Shown here one piece after another: positions 61,069-64,000 of a stretch of 64,000 nucleotides of DNA. Where the stretch lies: contig CAVXEP010000015.1 in NCBI GenBank assembly GCA_963760795.1, positions 96,001 to 160,000 on the forward strand, written 5' to 3'. The DNA comes from an uncultured delta proteobacterium. GTDB lineage: Bacteria; Desulfobacterota; Binatia; UBA9968. Each line of letters starts with the position of its first letter. Positions within the stretch are counted from its first letter, which is position 1. The position numbers were made by a program, and so were the translations under genes. The notes under the pieces were generated by a model that saw nothing but the letters and a program-made list of their open reading frames with translations, did no database searches and was not told where the DNA came from.

Positions 61069-61175
61069 TTCACCACGAATTGCCCGAAGGACACGAAGGT
61101 TCCGGCTAATCAACACTCCGAACTTCGTGCTCGTTGCCTGTGGTGAGCGTAGTCGAACCATGTCCTTCGTGGTGA
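61069..61175. repeat. Inverted CACGAAG array with nested GTGAGCGTAGTCGAAC module
   Basis: ttcaccacgaa..aggacacgaag ... cttcgtgctc..tggtgagcgtagtcgaacca..ccttcgtggtgaa. Confidence 0.75.
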
Positions 61176-61308
61176 AAACATCTTCACAGTAAAACGCGGA
61201 AGAACCGCAAGTTAAGCGCATCAAACTTAGCTTGACTCACTAGGTTAAATCTGAAAATATCGCTGCGCTTCGCCGACCGTCGACCGCAGGAAGCCAAGGA
61301 GAAATTCC

Positions 61309-62317
61309 ATGCTAGCCATTTATCTCGTGCTGTTCGCGTTTCTCAGTGTGCCGTTAACCGCGACCGCGCTGTTTGCCCAAAGCGCCCAACTTATAGAAGC
61401 CGCCAAGAAGGACGGCAAAGCGGTGATCTACGGCTCACTGGAATCCGACACCATGGATGTCATCGTCCAAGGCTTCAAGAAAAAGACCGGCATCGACGCC
61501 GAGTATTGGCGCGCGTCGGCGACCAAAGTGATGGACCGCGCCATGACCGAGTTTCGCGCCGGCAAACCGGCCGCCGACGCCATCGTCGCCGCCGATAACG
61601 TCATGCGCCTGATGCACAAGGAAGGCTTCTTTCAGAAGTACGATTCGCCGACCAACAGCGATTATCCCAAGGATGTCCTCGATCCAAACTTAGGACCGCG
61701 CTACCGCAATGTCGTCGTCGGCGTGGTCTATAATAAATCGGCGCTCAAGCCGAACGAATACCCCAAATCGCTGGAGGATCTCGCCAAGCCGCTATACAAA
61801 GGCAAGATCGTCATGCCCGACCCGACCCAGCATACGACGACGACCCAGTGGCTGGCGAGTCTGTATAAAATCATGGGTAAGGAGAAGGCCGAAAAGTTCA
61901 TGCGCGACCTCGCCGCCAATAAACCGGTCTGGGTCGAATCGCTCTTGCCGTCGGCGGAACGGGTTGCCAGCGGCGAGTCCCCCGTCGCCATCACCTATAT
62001 AAAATACGCCTACATCCACGGCAAGAAAGGCGCGCCGGTGGATTATGTCAGAGACGCAAAACTGATCGGCGATGCCAGTTACATCACGCTGGCTAGCAAA
62101 GCGCCCCATGCGAATGCCGGCAAAGCCTTCATCGATTACTTTCTCGGCGACGAGAGCATGAACCTGATGGCCAAGCTCGGCGAGTTTGTCAATCGCAAAG
62201 GCATACTGCCGCCATTGGCCGGCGCCGACAAGCTCGGCTTCGTCGAGATGGACGATCTCAGCACCAAAGATTTCGCCGAGAAGAAAAAAGAATACACTCA
62301 AATATTTCCTGCGCTAA
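61309..62317 (+). CDS. Extracellular solute-binding protein (AfuA/FbpA-like), absent from ORF track
   Basis: Hand-translated MLAIYLVLFAF..EAAKKDG..PKSLEDL..APHANAGKAFIDY; expected stop is one base out of frame. Confidence 0.85.
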
Positions 62318-62328
62318 GCGTGTATCCC

Positions 62329-64000
62329 GTGTCCACTCCTGAAACCACTCTCAGCACCCCAGCGCCGCGCACCTCTGCCTGGAGCCGGTCGCGCATCGGC
62401 GTCTTTCTCAGCCAACCGGTCAGTTGGGTGTTTCTCATCGTCGGCGCCATCATCGCCTTTCTCAGTCTCTATCCGACCTACTTCTTGTTCTACGGCAGCC
62501 TGACCGACGCGCCGCTCGGGCTGCCGGGAAAGTTTACGCTGCAGAATTACGTGCGCGCCTACAGCGATCCCGAAGCCTATTCGCTGATGTTGAACTCGTT
62601 TATCTTCGGCATCGGCTCCTCGGGGCTGTCGGTTCTCTTTGCCCTGGCGCTGGCATGGATCACCATTCGCACCGACGCGCCGTTGCGCCGTTTGTTCGAA
62701 TTGACCGCGATCATTCCGAATATTCTGCCGCCGATTCTGGTATCGATCTCCTGGGTCATGTTGCTCAATCCGAGCAACGGCCTGATCAACGGTCTGTTCG
62801 TGAAGATTTTCGGCATGGAGAAGGGGCCGTTTAACATTTACTCCATGGCCGGGCTGATTTACGTCGAAGCGCTGATCCTGACGCCGCTGGCGTTTTTGAT
62901 CGTCGCCGCCGCCATGAAGAGCATGGACCCTTCGCTCGAGGAATCGGCGAAGACGCTCGGCTCAGGCGAATTCGGCGTCATGCGGCGGATTACGTTTCCA
63001 TTGATACGCCCGGCGATTCTCGCCGCCGGGACTTTGAACTTTGTCCGCGCCATCGAAAGTTTCGACACCCCGGCGATCATCGCCCTGCCGGCGCGCATCG
63101 AAGTGTTCACGACGAAAATCTGGCGCGAAGCGCTCGGCTCGTTTCCGACCAATCATAACCTCGCCGCCGCCTACGGCGTCGGCATCCTCGCCATCGCGCT
63201 GGTGTTCGTCTATCTCTATCGCCGCTTTACTTCGCAGGTCGAGAGTTTTTCCACCGTCACGGGCAAGGGCTTTCGGCCGCATCAAATCGAGCTCGGTCGT
63301 TGGCGTTATGCCGCATCGGGTGTGGCCTTTTTGCTGCTTGTCATGCTGGTCGTGTTGCCGATCTTGGTTTTGTTACTGGTCGCGATCCTGCCCTACTACC
63401 ATGTGCCCACTTGGCAGACCTGGCAGAATCTGACGATGTCGCATTTTCAGTATGTCTGGGCTACGCCGCGAGTGCACAAGGCGTTCATCAATAGTCTCAT
63501 CCTCGCTCTGGTCGGCGCCACGCTGTGCATGCTGCTCGCCTCCTTAGCCGCTTACATTACCGTTAGAACCAAAATCGCCGGTCGCGGCCTGATCGAAGGT
63601 TTGGTTTTCATCCCCTGGGCTTTTCCCGGTACGGCGATGGCGTTAGGGCTCTTGTGGGCCTATGTCGATTTCCCGATTCCTGTCTACGCGACCATTTGGA
63701 TTATTCTGATCGCCTACGTCACGCGCTTTTTGCCCTACGGTCTGCAGAGCGGTCACCAGCACGATCATTCAAGTGCACAAAGAATTGGAGGAAGCCTCCA
63801 TCGTCTGCGGCGCCGGCTTTTTGGCCACCTTCCGGCGCATCCTGGTGCCGATGATGCGTCCCGGCGTCATGGCCGGCTGGATTATTCTCGTGACCATCTT
63901 CATGCGCGAGTTCAGCGCAACCTTGTTCTTGTACAGCCCCGGCGCCGAACCGCTCGGACCGCTGCTTTATTTTCTCTATCTCGACGGCATGCGCGGCCGG
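62329..64000 (+). CDS. Iron(III)-type ABC permease (partial; frameshift near 63746)
   Basis: Two EAA motifs DPSLEESAKTLG and ELEEAS..CGA; multiple TMs; runs off the window. Confidence 0.88.
   Translation, partial: MSTPETTLSTPAPRTSAWSRSRIGVFLSQPVSWVFLIVGAIIAFLSLYPTYFLFYGSLTDAPLGLPGKFTLQNYVRAYSDPEAYSLMLNSFIFGIGSSGLSVLFALALAWITIRTDAPLRRLFELTAIIPNILPPILVSISWVMLLNPSNGLINGLFVKIFGMEKGPFNIYSMAGLIYVEALILTPLAFLIVAAAMKSMDPSLEESAKTLGSGEFGVMRRITFPLIRPAILAAGTLNFVRAIESFDTPAIIALPARIEVFTTKIWREALGSFPTNHNLAAAYGVGILAIALVFVYLYRRFTSQVESFSTVTGKGFRPHQIELGRWRYAASGVAFLLLVMLVVLPILVLLLVAILPYYHVPTWQTWQNLTMSHFQYVWATPRVHKAFINSLILALVGATLCMLLASLAAYITVRTKIAGRGLIEGLVFIPWAFPGTAMALGLLWAYVDFPIPVYATIWIILIAYVTRFLPYGLQSGHQHDHSSAQRIGGSLHRLRRRLFGHLPAHPGADDASRRHGRLDYSRDHLHARVQRNLVLVQPRRRTARTAALFSLSRRHARP

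Noticed and set aside
61309-64000. Apparent SBP-permease fusion ORF
   Set aside because: Removing one T at ATATTTCCTGCGCTAA gives I-F-L-R-stop and the permease has its own GTG; fits the indel error pattern.

Overview
GC-rich bacterial chromosomal segment. The abundance of NitT/TauT-type and other solute-binding proteins and the intergenic repeat style resemble Binatia/Deltaproteobacteria, which is an inference. Contents: an RND efflux operon; a divergent catabolic block (LLM monooxygenase, two UbiD decarboxylases, a three-subunit xanthine-dehydrogenase-family Mo enzyme, ABC importers); a second block (amidohydrolase, epimerase, flavin reductase, two VOC proteins, two M24-fold proteins lacking the usual metal ligands); a LigAB-like dioxygenase; and housekeeping genes (fabI, PduO-type adenosyltransferase, lnt, nth, gshB, rsmE, prmA, tRNA-Phe). 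About a dozen genes, including fabI and lnt, carry single-base frameshifts, most likely sequencing error. The first highlight is a 1,865-bp element at tRNA-Phe bounded by 26-bp direct repeats. It holds only a promoter/TGTACA operator and an antitoxin-toxin-integrase operon, and the integrase reads through the att site. The second is a pervasive set of intergenic inverted arrays of 7-, 8- and 9-nt tandem repeats, some lying inside coding sequence. The third is a sigma54-type promoter ahead of small Cys-rich orphan ORFs. No CRISPR array or rRNA was seen.
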